Below, one piece after another: positions 1-10,055 of a DNA stretch of 64,000 nt. The stretch comes from Candidatus Bathyarchaeota archaeon (GTDB taxonomy: Archaea; Thermoproteota; Bathyarchaeia; Bathyarchaeales; Bathycorpusculaceae). The notes under the pieces were generated by a model that saw nothing but the letters and a program-made list of their open reading frames with translations, was not told where the DNA came from and did no database searches. The position numbers and the translations under genes are program-made. The stretch's first letter is position 1. Every line of letters starts with the position of its first letter. The stretch is from the NCBI GenBank assembly GCA_963827165.1, contig CAWGZR010000010.1:224001-288000 (forward strand), written 5' to 3'.

Positions 1-569
1 CACTTGATGGCGTTATGCAGGCTCCCGGAGGACCCGAAGAAGACACTAGCGGGAATTTCAAGTACGGTGGATGGACAGTTGGCTACTGGGACGATTTCAT
101 GGCAGAGGTCATGGCAATACAAATGGGAAAACCGTTTGATCTATTGCTTGGCCGCAAAACCTATGAAATATTTGCAGGTTACTGGCCGCACGCGACAAAC
201 GAGCCAGCCCATAAGCTCAATGAAGCAAGAAAATATGTTGTCTCTACCAAACTAACTATACTTGATTGGAATAATTCCACTCTCATTTCAGGTGACACCG
301 TGGATTTAATCAAAAAACTAAAGACACGCGATGGACCTGAGATTCAGGTGCACGGCAGTTCTAATCTTATTCAAACTCTGCTACGAAATGACCTTGTCGA
401 TGAATTCCGCTTAAAAATATTTCCGCTTACCATAGGCACAGGCAAGCGTCTCTTTGGAGACGGCACCATGCCGGCCGGTTTTAAACTTGTCGAATGTAAG
501 ATTTCAACAAAGGGTGTAATAATAGCAACATACGTGCGTGACGGGGAGATAAAAACGGGATCGTTTTAA
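1..569 (+). CDS. Dihydrofolate reductase / RibD C-terminal family protein (5' end outside window)
   Basis: Frame is open from the window edge (LDGVMQAPGGPEED); LLLGRKTYEIFAGYWP, VHGSSNLIQTL, LVDEFRL..PLTIGTGKRLF are RibD_C family motifs. Confidence 0.85.
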   Translation, partial: LDGVMQAPGGPEEDTSGNFKYGGWTVGYWDDFMAEVMAIQMGKPFDLLLGRKTYEIFAGYWPHATNEPAHKLNEARKYVVSTKLTILDWNNSTLISGDTVDLIKKLKTRDGPEIQVHGSSNLIQTLLRNDLVDEFRLKIFPLTIGTGKRLFGDGTMPAGFKLVECKISTKGVIIATYVRDGEIKTGSF

Positions 570-739
570 TGCATAATCCCCAGTCGGCGCAATATTAATC
601 CTATCAAACACGGGAGATCCCCTGTTCATCAATTTTGCGACAACGCGTATAGTTCAAAAACTCATTCCAGAAAATGACCATTCTTAGAGAAACAGTTTTT
701 ATCCTTCCCTGCGGCATTATAAGTAGATAAACCAATTGT

Positions 740-1552
740 GTGGATGATATGGATGATATAGTGCTTTCTCTCAAAATTGTTGTTGCCACTTTGTTGATAT
801 TAACGATGTTGGGTGGAGTTGGGACCATTTTTGCGCTCACATACGGGCCATCAAACGGTTACGTGCAATACAAAATCGCTGCAACCGGTTCATCTAGCTT
901 TTTTCAACCTACTAGCGGCATCATAAACGAGTCTGTTCAACCCACTGGACAAACGGGATTTCTGAACCTCATTCTGGACATTTCCTCGTTGTCTGCAAAC
1001 CTTACCTACTCAAAAGTTGTTAATGCCACTTCTCTGCTAGAAATCTTCCCCTATTTGCCCGCCGTAACAAATCAGTCACTTTCATACCAAGTGAAAGGAA
1101 CCTCAATTAACGCAAACTTGATAAACACAGGTCAGACTCCAGTAACCTTCAGTAACGCGACGTACCAAGCAACAAGGTTTTTAGTCGCCTTCTCAGCGGT
1201 CAACTCATCCAGTGATTTATCATTCTCGGGAAATGGCAGCATAGTCACCATGCCATCGGGCTTAATCGACACGGTTCAACTCTCGCTGAACCAAACAGGT
1301 TCAATCAACGCGGCCCTCTTATCGACAAATCTTTCACTTAAAACGCCAGCTGGCAACATAAATCCCATTGGTGCCTCAGTTCTGGGCGCCGCCCTGTCAG
1401 TGGCAGTTGTAATTGCAGCTCCAACAATATACAAAAGAGAGAAGAAAAAACACGAAGAGCAACAGTGCGAAGCCGAAAACAAAAATAATCAGGAAAGCGA
1501 TGCGAAAAAAGAAAACGAGGACAAAAACAAGCCGTCTTACTGGGTTGATTAG
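740..1552 (+). CDS. Hypothetical membrane-anchored protein
   Basis: N-terminal hydrophobic segment, S/T/N-rich middle, C-terminal TM helix and charged tail; directly upstream of ABC genes. Confidence 0.7.
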   Translation: MDDMDDIVLSLKIVVATLLILTMLGGVGTIFALTYGPSNGYVQYKIAATGSSSFFQPTSGIINESVQPTGQTGFLNLILDISSLSANLTYSKVVNATSLLEIFPYLPAVTNQSLSYQVKGTSINANLINTGQTPVTFSNATYQATRFLVAFSAVNSSSDLSFSGNGSIVTMPSGLIDTVQLSLNQTGSINAALLSTNLSLKTPAGNINPIGASVLGAALSVAVVIAAPTIYKREKKKHEEQQCEAENKNNQESDAKKENEDKNKPSYWVD

Positions 1553-1613
1553 CATTGAGTTATTCTAAAAGCGGCAGTTCAAGATCAAACATAAAAGTTT
1601 AGGTGGAATTGTA

Positions 1614-2595
1614 ACGGCTGACTTTTCGGAGGTAATTGAGCTAAACAATGCAGTAAAAGATTATGGCAGCAACAGGCGAATTGGCCCCGCAAATCTCACG
1701 ATCAGAAAAGGAGAGATTGTGGGTTTTCTCGGTCCTAACGGATCAGGCAAGACCACCTGCATCAGACTTATCTTAGGTTTAATCAGGCCAACCTCAGGCA
1801 TGGTGAAAGTCAACGGGTTTGACCCAATTGCCAACCATGTTGAAGCATTAAGGCACGTAGCGTATTCTCCTGAGTTGCCTAACATACAGACTTTTCTAAG
1901 CCCAAGAGAACTTCTTAATTTAATTTCTCATGAACTCTATTTCCCGGATAACGCAAACAGAAGTGGCGAGATAGACCGAGTGATTGAACTGGTCGGTTTA
2001 CACGACTACGCGGACACAAAGGTCGGCAAACTCAGTAAAGGGATGATTCAAAGACTGAGCGTTGCCCAAGCGTTAGTCGGCTCGCCAGAAACTTTAATTC
2101 TGGATGAACCGATGATCGGTTTGGACCCCGCAGGGGTTGTTCATTTTAGGGATGTTTTCAGGGATTTCGCAGCCCATGGGAAAGGGACAGTATTCATGTC
2201 GTCACATATCATGAGTGAGGTGGAATCGCTTTGTACCTCAGTAGCAATGATTCACCATGGGAAAATACTATTCAAAGGGTCAGTCGAGGAAGTAGTTGGA
2301 AAAGTGTTGGATTATTCTCTTGTTGAACTGGAGACTAGCCCTTTAACGCCTCAAACAATCCAACAACTAAAAGAGATTCCCGGAATAACTCAAATAAACA
2401 TGGCAGACAACGACCAAGCGGATGCCATGCTCAGTCGAAATTACAGTTTGTGAACGTGACCATGATATTAGACCAGCAATTGCCGATATCGTAGTCAAGT
2501 CGGGCGCCAAACTCTACACCATCAAGCAGGGTGAAAACATGCTAGAGAAGGCTTACATAGAAGCGCTTAAAGAAACGAAAGGTGGCAAACCTTGA
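1614..2595 (+). CDS. ABC-2 type transporter ATP-binding protein (frameshift near 2430-2460; start inferred at ACG 1614)
   Basis: Walker A GPNGSGKT, signature LSKGM, Walker B LILDEP, SSH loop; conserved N-terminus continues in frame upstream of GTG 1719. Confidence 0.85.
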
Positions 2596-3442
2596 AACGC
2601 GCTGAAGTCATTTTCACTTTTGCAAGGTATGAAATCAAGCGTGCCATCGCGCGCAAAAAAGTTTTGGCTCTAGTTGCTTTCACAATACTTCTGAGCGTAC
2701 TACCATATTACGCTTTGTCCCAAGCAGGAACCAATCTGATTCCCACAAATGTCTACTCGTACCTTTGGGTACTTGCAGTACTCCTGGTTGGTCCGCTCTT
2801 CTTAAACTTCACTGCAATCCTGATAGCTGCAGGGTCGATGTCAGAAGAATACGAGCAGGGCACAGCCGAACTTCTTTTGTCAAAACCAGTAAGACGAAGC
2901 GACTACATCGCTGGCAAATTCCTCGGCGGTTATATTCTGTTTCTTTTTATTCTTAGCTTTAACTCTTGTCTTATCCATTTCATCAGCCTTCACTTTTTTT
3001 GGCGCCCAAAACAACCTTTACCTAATTCCCGGATTATTCATAGCTCAAGCCTTTAGTTCACTATTATTCTTTTCTTTGGCTTTCATGCTTGGAGAACTAA
3101 TCAGGCGCTCTTCTCTTGCGTACATTTTCTCGTCAGCGGTTTTCTTTTCAAGTTACATTATAAGCATTTTTTTGAGCGCAATCTTTAGGGCCACGGGTAA
3201 AGTAGTTTATAAAACCGTTCAGATGTATCTTCCAACTTCGGCTGCAAGCTCGCTTCCTATTCAATATGCTTTACCGAGGCTTCCCTCGACTTTATCAACA
3301 GCCCTTTCGTCCATTCAACACTTCAACTTCTGGACCCACCATCAGCTTCTCAATCGAAATCCTGCTTGTCTACATAATCATATCAGTAACAATTGCAGCA
3401 GCTTACTTCCTGCATGCTGACATTTCAAGAAAACTAAGTTAA
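2592..3442 (+). CDS. ABC-2 type transporter permease (frameshifted)
   Basis: SEEYEQGTAELLLSKPVRRSDYIAGKFLG motif, multiple TM segments, split over ORFs 2592-3056 and 3076-3420. Confidence 0.8.
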
Positions 3443-3557
3443 TTTTATGTGAAGGATACATCACAGTTAACGAATAGATTTCTTCTCCTTTTTCCCTTTT
3501 TGCTGTTTTTGCCTGAATGGTATAACATAAAAGCAGGTTTAGGCAACATACCCAAAG

Positions 3558-4958
3558 ATGACCTCAACTCTCAAATGCATCCACTGTCAGAGTGAATTTC
3601 CAGTTTATCCCTTGAGAAGTAACTGCGAAAAATGCGGAGGAACATTAGAATTCACGGCAGACTTACCTAGAAGCAGGGGAACTGAGTTTTTCAGATCAAC
3701 TTGGATTCTGGCGATACAGGCAGGTGCTTCCCCCTGTAAATCATGTAGTAAGCTTAGGAGAAGGCGGAACGCCGATGCATAAGGCTGAGAGACTTGCTGG
3801 AGCAATCGGCTTAAAAGAACTCTACTTAAAAGATGAGACGCGCAATCCGACCAACAGTTACAGAGATCGGGCAGCCGCTTTCTTGACATCAAACGCGATT
3901 GACCGAGGCTTTGGTACACTGGTTTGTGCCAGCAACGGTAACATGGGAGCTTCCTTAGCTGCCTACACCGCAAAAGCAAGCTTGATCTGCCACGTGTTGG
4001 TCCCTAAAGTGGTCGATGTAGGCAAGTTGGCGCAAATGATCGCTTACGACGCCGTAATTGAAGAATCAGGGAATATCGTAGATGACTCCATTCGCAAAGC
4101 TTCTGACTTAGCAAAAGAATCAGGCTGGTACCAAGCAACCGCAGAACTTAACCCGTTCGTCGTTGAGGCACAAAAAACTATTTCCTACGAGATAAACGAG
4201 CAATTGTCAACCCCTGGCTGGATTATTGTCCCGATGGGAAGCGGCGGTACAATCTATTCGCTTTGGAAAGGCTTCAAAGAACTCAAACAGCTTGGGCTCA
4301 CTCAAATCGCTGCCTCGAATGGTTGGGGTTCAGACTGAAGGCTGCGCGCCAATAGTCAGCAAATTAAAAGAAAAAGCGCCAGTCAAAATCGTGCAACCCG
4401 TCGACCCGTGCATTGGCTATCCTCGTTGGCGAACCCTTGCAAAGCGACTTAGCTGTGAAAGCAATTAAGGAATCGAACGGATTGGCTTTAACAGTTTCAG
4501 ATGGCGAAATTTTGGCTTCTGAGCTTTTAGTGGCAAAACTGGAAGGGGTCTTCGCTGAACCTGCAAGTTCAGCCGCCGTGGCAGCGTTACAGAAACTGAA
4601 AGACAATCAGGTTTCTAGTGACGATAGCGTGGTGTGCCTTATCACTGGGAGCGGCTTAAAAGCCACTGATGTTTTGCAGGCGTTGAATAAAAAGCAGAAG
4701 GCGGCTGGCTTGGGACTTGCGGTCAGTACTAAACAGAAGATTCTCAAGATTCTCAGCGAAAAAGACTCCTACGGTTATGATTTGTGGAAATTGCTGGGGC
4801 AGGTTATGACCCGTGGTGCTGTTTATCAGCATCTTAATGAGTTGGCTGATAGAGGTTTGGTGGTTGGTTACGAGGCGGATGGGAAGAGGTTTTTCCGCAT
4901 CACTGAACGTGGAAGGAAGGTTTTGGCTGCGTTTGATGAGATTCAGTTGCTTATGTGA
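3558..4958 (+). CDS. Threonine synthase-like (fold type II PLP) protein with Lys-to-Arg at the PLP site and a C-terminal winged HTH; probable transcription regulator (frameshifts)
   Basis: N-terminal CxxC..CxxC, SLGEGGTP, NPTNSYRDR (canonical NPTGSFKDR), ASNGN, VPMGSGG, EPASSAA, ITGSGLK, then ILKILSEKDSYGYDLWK..RGAVYQHLNELADRGLV..KRFFRITERG. Confidence 0.8.
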
Positions 4959-4990
4959 GTTTTGGGAATGCTTATTAGGAATATAGCCAC

Positions 4991-5014
4991 AACTATAATA
5001 TAGTTATAACTATA
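4991..5014. promoter_or_regulatory. Overlapping palindromes, candidate operator
   Basis: AACTATA-A-TATAGTT (4991-5005) and perfect 16-bp TATAGTTATAACTATA (4999-5014) immediately before ATG 5017. Confidence 0.55.
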
Positions 5015-5016
5015 CT

Positions 5017-5577
5017 ATGGCGGTAAACATGGGATTCCGAACTAATCGAACAATAACACTCACAGTTGCACAGGCAGGAATCATGGCAGCACTAGTAGCA
5101 GTCGCAACGTATGCAGTGCAGGTTCCTATCCCAGCCACAAAGGGGTACCTGAACTTCGGCGACATAATGATCTTCGTTAGCGCTTTGACTTTCGGTCCAT
5201 TGGTTGGCAGCTTCGCAGGAGGCGTTGGATCTGCGTTATCTGACGTCGCAGGGGGATACGCATCAACGTACGCCCCGTTTACACTAATCATAAAAGGTGC
5301 AGAAGGAATCATCGTTGGCTTGATCGCTAAAAGGGGAAGCAGAAAAAGAAGCATCTTAGCCGTCGCCGTGGCGGGCGTGGAAATGGTGTCAGGATACTTT
5401 TTGGCTGAATTCTTCGGTCTTTCCCTCGGGTGGGCGGCGGCAACAGAAGTGCCCTTCAACATATTACAGATAGTCGCAGGCGGCGTAATCGGAATTCCAA
5501 TTGCTGTAATTCTTTGGAAGAGACTTCCCGAAGCTTGGCTAAACCCAAAATCCGCCCCAACAGTTCAGACAGCTTAA
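5017..5577 (+). CDS. ECF transporter S-component, HmpT/PdxU-like
   Basis: AALVAVAT..IPATKGYLNFGD..GPLVGSFAGGVGSALSD..YAPFTLIIKG; ~6 TM. Confidence 0.85.
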   Translation: MAVNMGFRTNRTITLTVAQAGIMAALVAVATYAVQVPIPATKGYLNFGDIMIFVSALTFGPLVGSFAGGVGSALSDVAGGYASTYAPFTLIIKGAEGIIVGLIAKRGSRKRSILAVAVAGVEMVSGYFLAEFFGLSLGWAAATEVPFNILQIVAGGVIGIPIAVILWKRLPEAWLNPKSAPTVQTA

Positions 5578-5603
5578 AAGCTAGATTTCACAGAGGATAA
5601 GTT

Positions 5604-6611
5604 ATGAAACTTCCCCCAGGAAAAATCCCGGTTGAAATCCTCAAGGAAATCGTTTTCAAAAATTTAGGCGCTGAACGCAGCGAAGTAATTTTGGGTCCAG
5701 CCGCAGGATTAGACGGCGCAGTCTTGGACGTTGGAAGCAAAAATGCAATCGTCTCGATGGATCCGATAACGGGCGCGGTTGAACGCATAGGTTGGGAAGC
5801 CGTCAATGTCAACGCCAACGACGTCGCAACCTTCGGGGTTGAACCCGCCTTCCTATTTTCATGTCTGATGCTACCAGAAAACGCGGATAGCGAGATAGTC
5901 CAAAACATAGCAACCCAAATGAACGCTGCCGCAAAAGAGCTTGGTATCGCAATAGTTGGCGGGCACTGTGAGTCAACGCCAGGACTAACTAACCCCATCG
6001 TTGTCGGTTGTATTATGGGGTTAACTGAAAAAGGCAAATACGTCACAGCGGCAGGAGCCAAGAGCGGCGACAAATTGATTTTAACGAAAAGCGCAGGGAT
6101 CGAGGGCACAGCTATTTTGGCTTTTGATCGAGCGGACCAATTGAAAAAGGTCCTCAATCCATCTCTACTTTACAACGCAAGAAACTTTTACAATCAAATA
6201 AGCGTGGTAAAAGATGCGTTAACTGCTTATAAGGCGGGTGGAGTTCACGCGATGCATGATCCAACCGAAGGCGGGATCTTAAACGGCATCCACGAATTGG
6301 CAGATGCGGCAGGGTTAGGTGTAAAGGTTTTTGAGGACAAAATCGCGGTTGAGCCTGAAACAGCTAAAATCTGCCGTTTCTACGAAATAGACCCGTTACA
6401 GTTGATGGGTTCAGGCGCGTTACTCATATCTGCGGAGCCAGAAACCGCACCCAAAATACTCGATGCATTAAGCCAAGCACACATTGTTGCGGAAGAAATC
6501 GGTGAATTCAACCCGAGCCCGCAAAAGCGAATACTGATACTTAAGAACGAGTTGTCCAAGATGCTGCCAAGACCAGTCTCAGACCACTTATGGATTGCGT
6601 TAACCCACTGA
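5604..6611 (+). CDS. AIR synthase (PurM/HypE/ThiL/CblS-like) family protein
   Basis: GKIP, GLDGAV, DPITG, NANDVAT.G, IVGGHCE, MHDPTEGGI, DPLQLMGSGALL. Confidence 0.85.
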   Translation: MKLPPGKIPVEILKEIVFKNLGAERSEVILGPAAGLDGAVLDVGSKNAIVSMDPITGAVERIGWEAVNVNANDVATFGVEPAFLFSCLMLPENADSEIVQNIATQMNAAAKELGIAIVGGHCESTPGLTNPIVVGCIMGLTEKGKYVTAAGAKSGDKLILTKSAGIEGTAILAFDRADQLKKVLNPSLLYNARNFYNQISVVKDALTAYKAGGVHAMHDPTEGGILNGIHELADAAGLGVKVFEDKIAVEPETAKICRFYEIDPLQLMGSGALLISAEPETAPKILDALSQAHIVAEEIGEFNPSPQKRILILKNELSKMLPRPVSDHLWIALTH

Positions 6612-6647
6612 CCCTTTGACGAACGAGTGAAAACAACAAAACCGCGT

Positions 6648-7514
6648 TTAGGATTCGATTTTCTGTCTTGCCACTGTTTCTTCTGAAAAAGGCGCAATCT
6701 TATCAGAGTTCGGTTGGAACACTTGTTGCGTCATGATCGGGCTCTGATGCTGGTTAGGTTTCGGAATCGAGTTGTTTCTTAACCAGTTAAGGGGCACTTG
6801 GAACATCCAGTATAGCAAAAAGGCTGGGTAGAACAAGGTGTAGGCGTATAGATGTGAATAGACTAAACCGCATTTAAATTCGACTATGGCTTGTGAGAAA
6901 CCGGTTTTTACGTTCCAGCTGGTCGGTGGCTTGAAGTGAAGGCAGTATGCTTCTGTGGCAACCTGCACTTTGAAGCCTTGTTCCTTGATATGCTCGATAA
7001 TATAGGCGTCTTCGTAGATCTGCAGGTGATCGGGAACGATTATACCATTGACCGATTTGGTGAGAATCAGAGTGTCGTGGGTTCCGCCGCGTAAATTGAA
7101 GCATTCCCGGGCAAGTATACTCTGCAACCGAAGAACCCGCTTATCCCTCACGTTTGGGATAACATCAACGTTTAAACCCCAAATCGCTGCAACACCATTG
7201 CTCATATCCCTCTGCGCTTTTCTGTACCAGTCCTTGCAAAGAACAACGTCACTGTCAACAAACAAAAACCATTCAGTGTTGACGTGGCGGATGCCTTCGG
7301 TTCGTGCTTTAGCCCTTGAACCGTCAATTTGAATAAGTACAATGTTTCCATGCGCCTTGTTGAAGCCGTCAAGGATTTCCAGGGTTCTGTCGGTTGAGAA
7401 GCCGTCGATCACGATTAAGTTTTTCACGGGCACATTTTCATAAACCGACGTTAAACAATTGCTGAGAACGTGCTCACTGTTCTTAGTCAGCAATACCACG
7501 TCAACTTGATCCAT
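6648..7514 (-). CDS. Glycosyltransferase family 2
   Basis: VIDGFSTDRT, FLFVDSD (DxD), YEDAY. Confidence 0.85.
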   Translation of the reverse strand: MDQVDVVLLTKNSEHVLSNCLTSVYENVPVKNLIVIDGFSTDRTLEILDGFNKAHGNIVLIQIDGSRAKARTEGIRHVNTEWFLFVDSDVVLCKDWYRKAQRDMSNGVAAIWGLNVDVIPNVRDKRVLRLQSILARECFNLRGGTHDTLILTKSVNGIIVPDHLQIYEDAYIIEHIKEQGFKVQVATEAYCLHFKPPTSWNVKTGFSQAIVEFKCGLVYSHLYAYTLFYPAFLLYWMFQVPLNWLRNNSIPKPNQHQSPIMTQQVFQPNSDKIAPFSEETVARQKIES

Positions 7515-7577
7515 CAGTGTGCCTCAAAGTTTGGGTTTTGTATAGCATTACACATTTAGCACTTAAAAAGGTAAAGT

Positions 7578-8312
7578 TTAACGCTGCCCCTCTCGCCTGG
7601 CAACCTCATAGAGCGCGTAGCCTGAGTAAAACGCGTAGGCAGCAAGCAACTTGCCGATCAACCATACATCCCCAAGCGTAAGGGCTTCAGCAAACAACCC
7701 TATGCTGCCTCTAAATGTCCAAACGTTCGGCGGACGGTAATGAATGCAGAATGGGATGTAGCAGGGGATTACGCGGTAGCCTTTTTGTTCAATCCAGTCT
7801 TTTATGTAGGCGTCTTCGTAAACATGAAGTTTCTTTGGAATTTGAATATCTTTAACTAGTTCGGTTTTGATGAGGGTGTCGTGGGTTCCGCCGCGGACCT
7901 CAAAAATTTTCCGTGTAATCCGCAAAAAAATGCCCATGGTCACGGAGCTTCCGATTGTTGACCAAATCTCTGTTCCCCAAACCGCACCAACATCCTCGTT
8001 AATGTACTGTTGGGCTTTTTTGTACCAATCATTACAGAGGATGACATCACTGTCGACAAACAGAAACCATTCTGTGTTTACGTCAGCTATGCCTTTTTGG
8101 CGTGCAGTGGCACGGTTGCCTTTGTCCATTATGATTTTTACGTTGTGGTATTTTTCGTCAAACCAATTAAGAACATCCAAGGTTTTGTCCGTTGAGTATC
8201 CGTCGACTGCTATGAGTCGGGCAACTGGCACGTTGTTATACACGGATTCTAGGCATTCTTTGAGTTTTCTGTCGCTGTTCTTAGTCAACAGCACAACGTC
8301 AACCGAGTCCAC
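7578..8312 (-). CDS. Glycosyltransferase family 2 (tandem paralog)
   Basis: AVDGYSTDKT, FLFVDSD, RGGTHDTLI shared with neighbour; start inferred at GTG 8312. Confidence 0.85.
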   Translation of the reverse strand: MDSVDVVLLTKNSDRKLKECLESVYNNVPVARLIAVDGYSTDKTLDVLNWFDEKYHNVKIIMDKGNRATARQKGIADVNTEWFLFVDSDVILCNDWYKKAQQYINEDVGAVWGTEIWSTIGSSVTMGIFLRITRKIFEVRGGTHDTLIKTELVKDIQIPKKLHVYEDAYIKDWIEQKGYRVIPCYIPFCIHYRPPNVWTFRGSIGLFAEALTLGDVWLIGKLLAAYAFYSGYALYEVARREGQR

Positions 8313-8573
8313 GCAACCAACTCCTTTCTTGACCGCTAAGTTAACGGTCAACTCATAGAGGCTATGCAAAACAACTTAAAAAACAACTTGCTTGACAAAA
8401 CAATAAGGGTTGAATGTTTGCGCAAAAAATAGCCAGAAAACTTCGCATTTAACGCACAAGTTAGCGCTATACAACCGATTCTGGGCATGTACAATCCGTA
8501 CTTAAATGATTTATATTTCCGCATGAACTACAGGAAAATGAGTTCAGAGTCTTTTGTGTCTGAGGCGGGTTGA

Positions 8574-9186
8574 TTGATGATTGTTGGAGCCGTCGTTCTT
8601 GCAGCGGGCAAATCTGAAAGGATGGGTCATAACAAGCTTCTTTTAAGTTTGAATGGGAAGAAACTGATTGATAATATTTTGGATGCGCTGGCGGAGTCGG
8701 GCATAGATGAGCAGGTGGTTGTGTTGGGGCATAAACCGGATCAGAGTTGTAGAAGCCTTAAACCGAGAATGGACAAAGTCAAATAGCTATAAACAGTGGA
8801 TTATCGAGCACGGGATGACTTCCTCATTCCAACTGGATTGCAATTTTTGAGGCATGTAGATGCGGCGTTTCTGGTTCTTGGCGATGAACCCATCTTTGAC
8901 CCAAGATTATGCGCTCATTGATCGAGACTAATGGAAAAAAACCATATAGCGTTGATTGTGAGCCCCGATTTACAAAGGAAAAAAGGGTCATCCGCTTCTT
9001 TTCCACAGCCAACTCTTCGCGGAAATATTAGATTTGAAGAGTTCCCAGACCATCCGCGATGTTGTTCATCGCCACGTGGACAAAGTGGTCAAAATTGAGG
9101 CACCACAGTGGACAACTATGGATATAGATACGCCTGAAGACTACCGCCGCATAAGCGACTTTATGAAAACAAATCAAGTTCGATAA
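8574..9186 (+). CDS. Molybdenum cofactor cytidylyltransferase (MocA-like) nucleotidyltransferase (frameshifted)
   Basis: VVLAAGKSERMG.NKLLL; downstream frames give GDEP, GKKGHP, DIDTPEDY; next to xdhC. Confidence 0.75.
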
Positions 9187-9200
9187 ATGGTTCTTTCTAT

Positions 9201-10010
9201 TTATTTTTGCTGTTGCCGCTTAAATTGTATGATTTGCGCCAGAATGCTTACTCCGATTTCTTCAGGAGTCTCTGCACCTATGTCCAAACCAACTGGGGTA
9301 TGGAGTTTTTGGAGTTGAACATCGCTTAAACCTTCAGCCTTTAGCTTCTCGGTTAGACTTGCGGCTTTTTTTGAACTGCCTAGTAACCCGACGTAGTCAG
9401 GGTTCTTTTCAAGAAGCTTTTTCACGGCCATGAAGTCATGTTGGGGTTCGCCATGGGCTACTACTGCATAGTCACCTGAACCCAATTCCAGAGCGCCGAG
9501 AACCTCGCTGAAGTCGCCTGCGATAACTTGCTCAGCCATCGGGAAAGCGTCTTTAGTGACTAATCGGCGTTCATCGTCAACAATAACTATTTTGAACCCT
9601 GCGAGGCTGGCGAGTTTAGCTAGGGGCAAGGCAACATGACCCGCCCCGACAATTAGCAGTCTAGGGACAGGTTCCATTACATCAGCAAGAACGGTTAATT
9701 CCCCACCGCACATCATGCATGTTACAACTGCGCCCTCCCTCTGCTCCGGTGAAAGGCTGAAGGTGACGGTTTTCGACCTCCGTTCCCTCAATGCTCCGAG
9801 GCATTCGCCAACCAAAGTGCGTTCGAAGTCGCCGCCACCTATGGTTCCCAAGGTTTTCCCGTCCTCTGTGACAACCATTTTTGTACCAACATCTCTCGGT
9901 CCATGACCCTTTTTCTCAACAACCGTGCAGAAAACAAGCCTTTTTCGGCTTTCAAGAAGGCGAGACGCTTCATTCAAAAGCTCAAGGTCAGAAGGCATAA
10001 AAATCAACAA
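9201..10010 (-). CDS. XdhC/CoxI family maturation protein
   Basis: GTIGGG, CGG, LLIVGAGHVA, YVGLLGS, PVGLDIGAETPEEIGVSILAQII. Confidence 0.9.
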   Translation of the reverse strand: MLIFMPSDLELLNEASRLLESRKRLVFCTVVEKKGHGPRDVGTKMVVTEDGKTLGTIGGGDFERTLVGECLGALRERRSKTVTFSLSPEQREGAVVTCMMCGGELTVLADVMEPVPRLLIVGAGHVALPLAKLASLAGFKIVIVDDERRLVTKDAFPMAEQVIAGDFSEVLGALELGSGDYAVVAHGEPQHDFMAVKKLLEKNPDYVGLLGSSKKAASLTEKLKAEGLSDVQLQKLHTPVGLDIGAETPEEIGVSILAQIIQFKRQQQK

Positions 10011-10055
10011 TAGTGTTATTTGCAGCTTCTGATTTTAGGTTACCGCTGAACCCTG

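Noticed and set aside
5604-6611. Second hypE
   Set aside because: No C-terminal PRIC cysteine; the true hypE is in the hyp cluster
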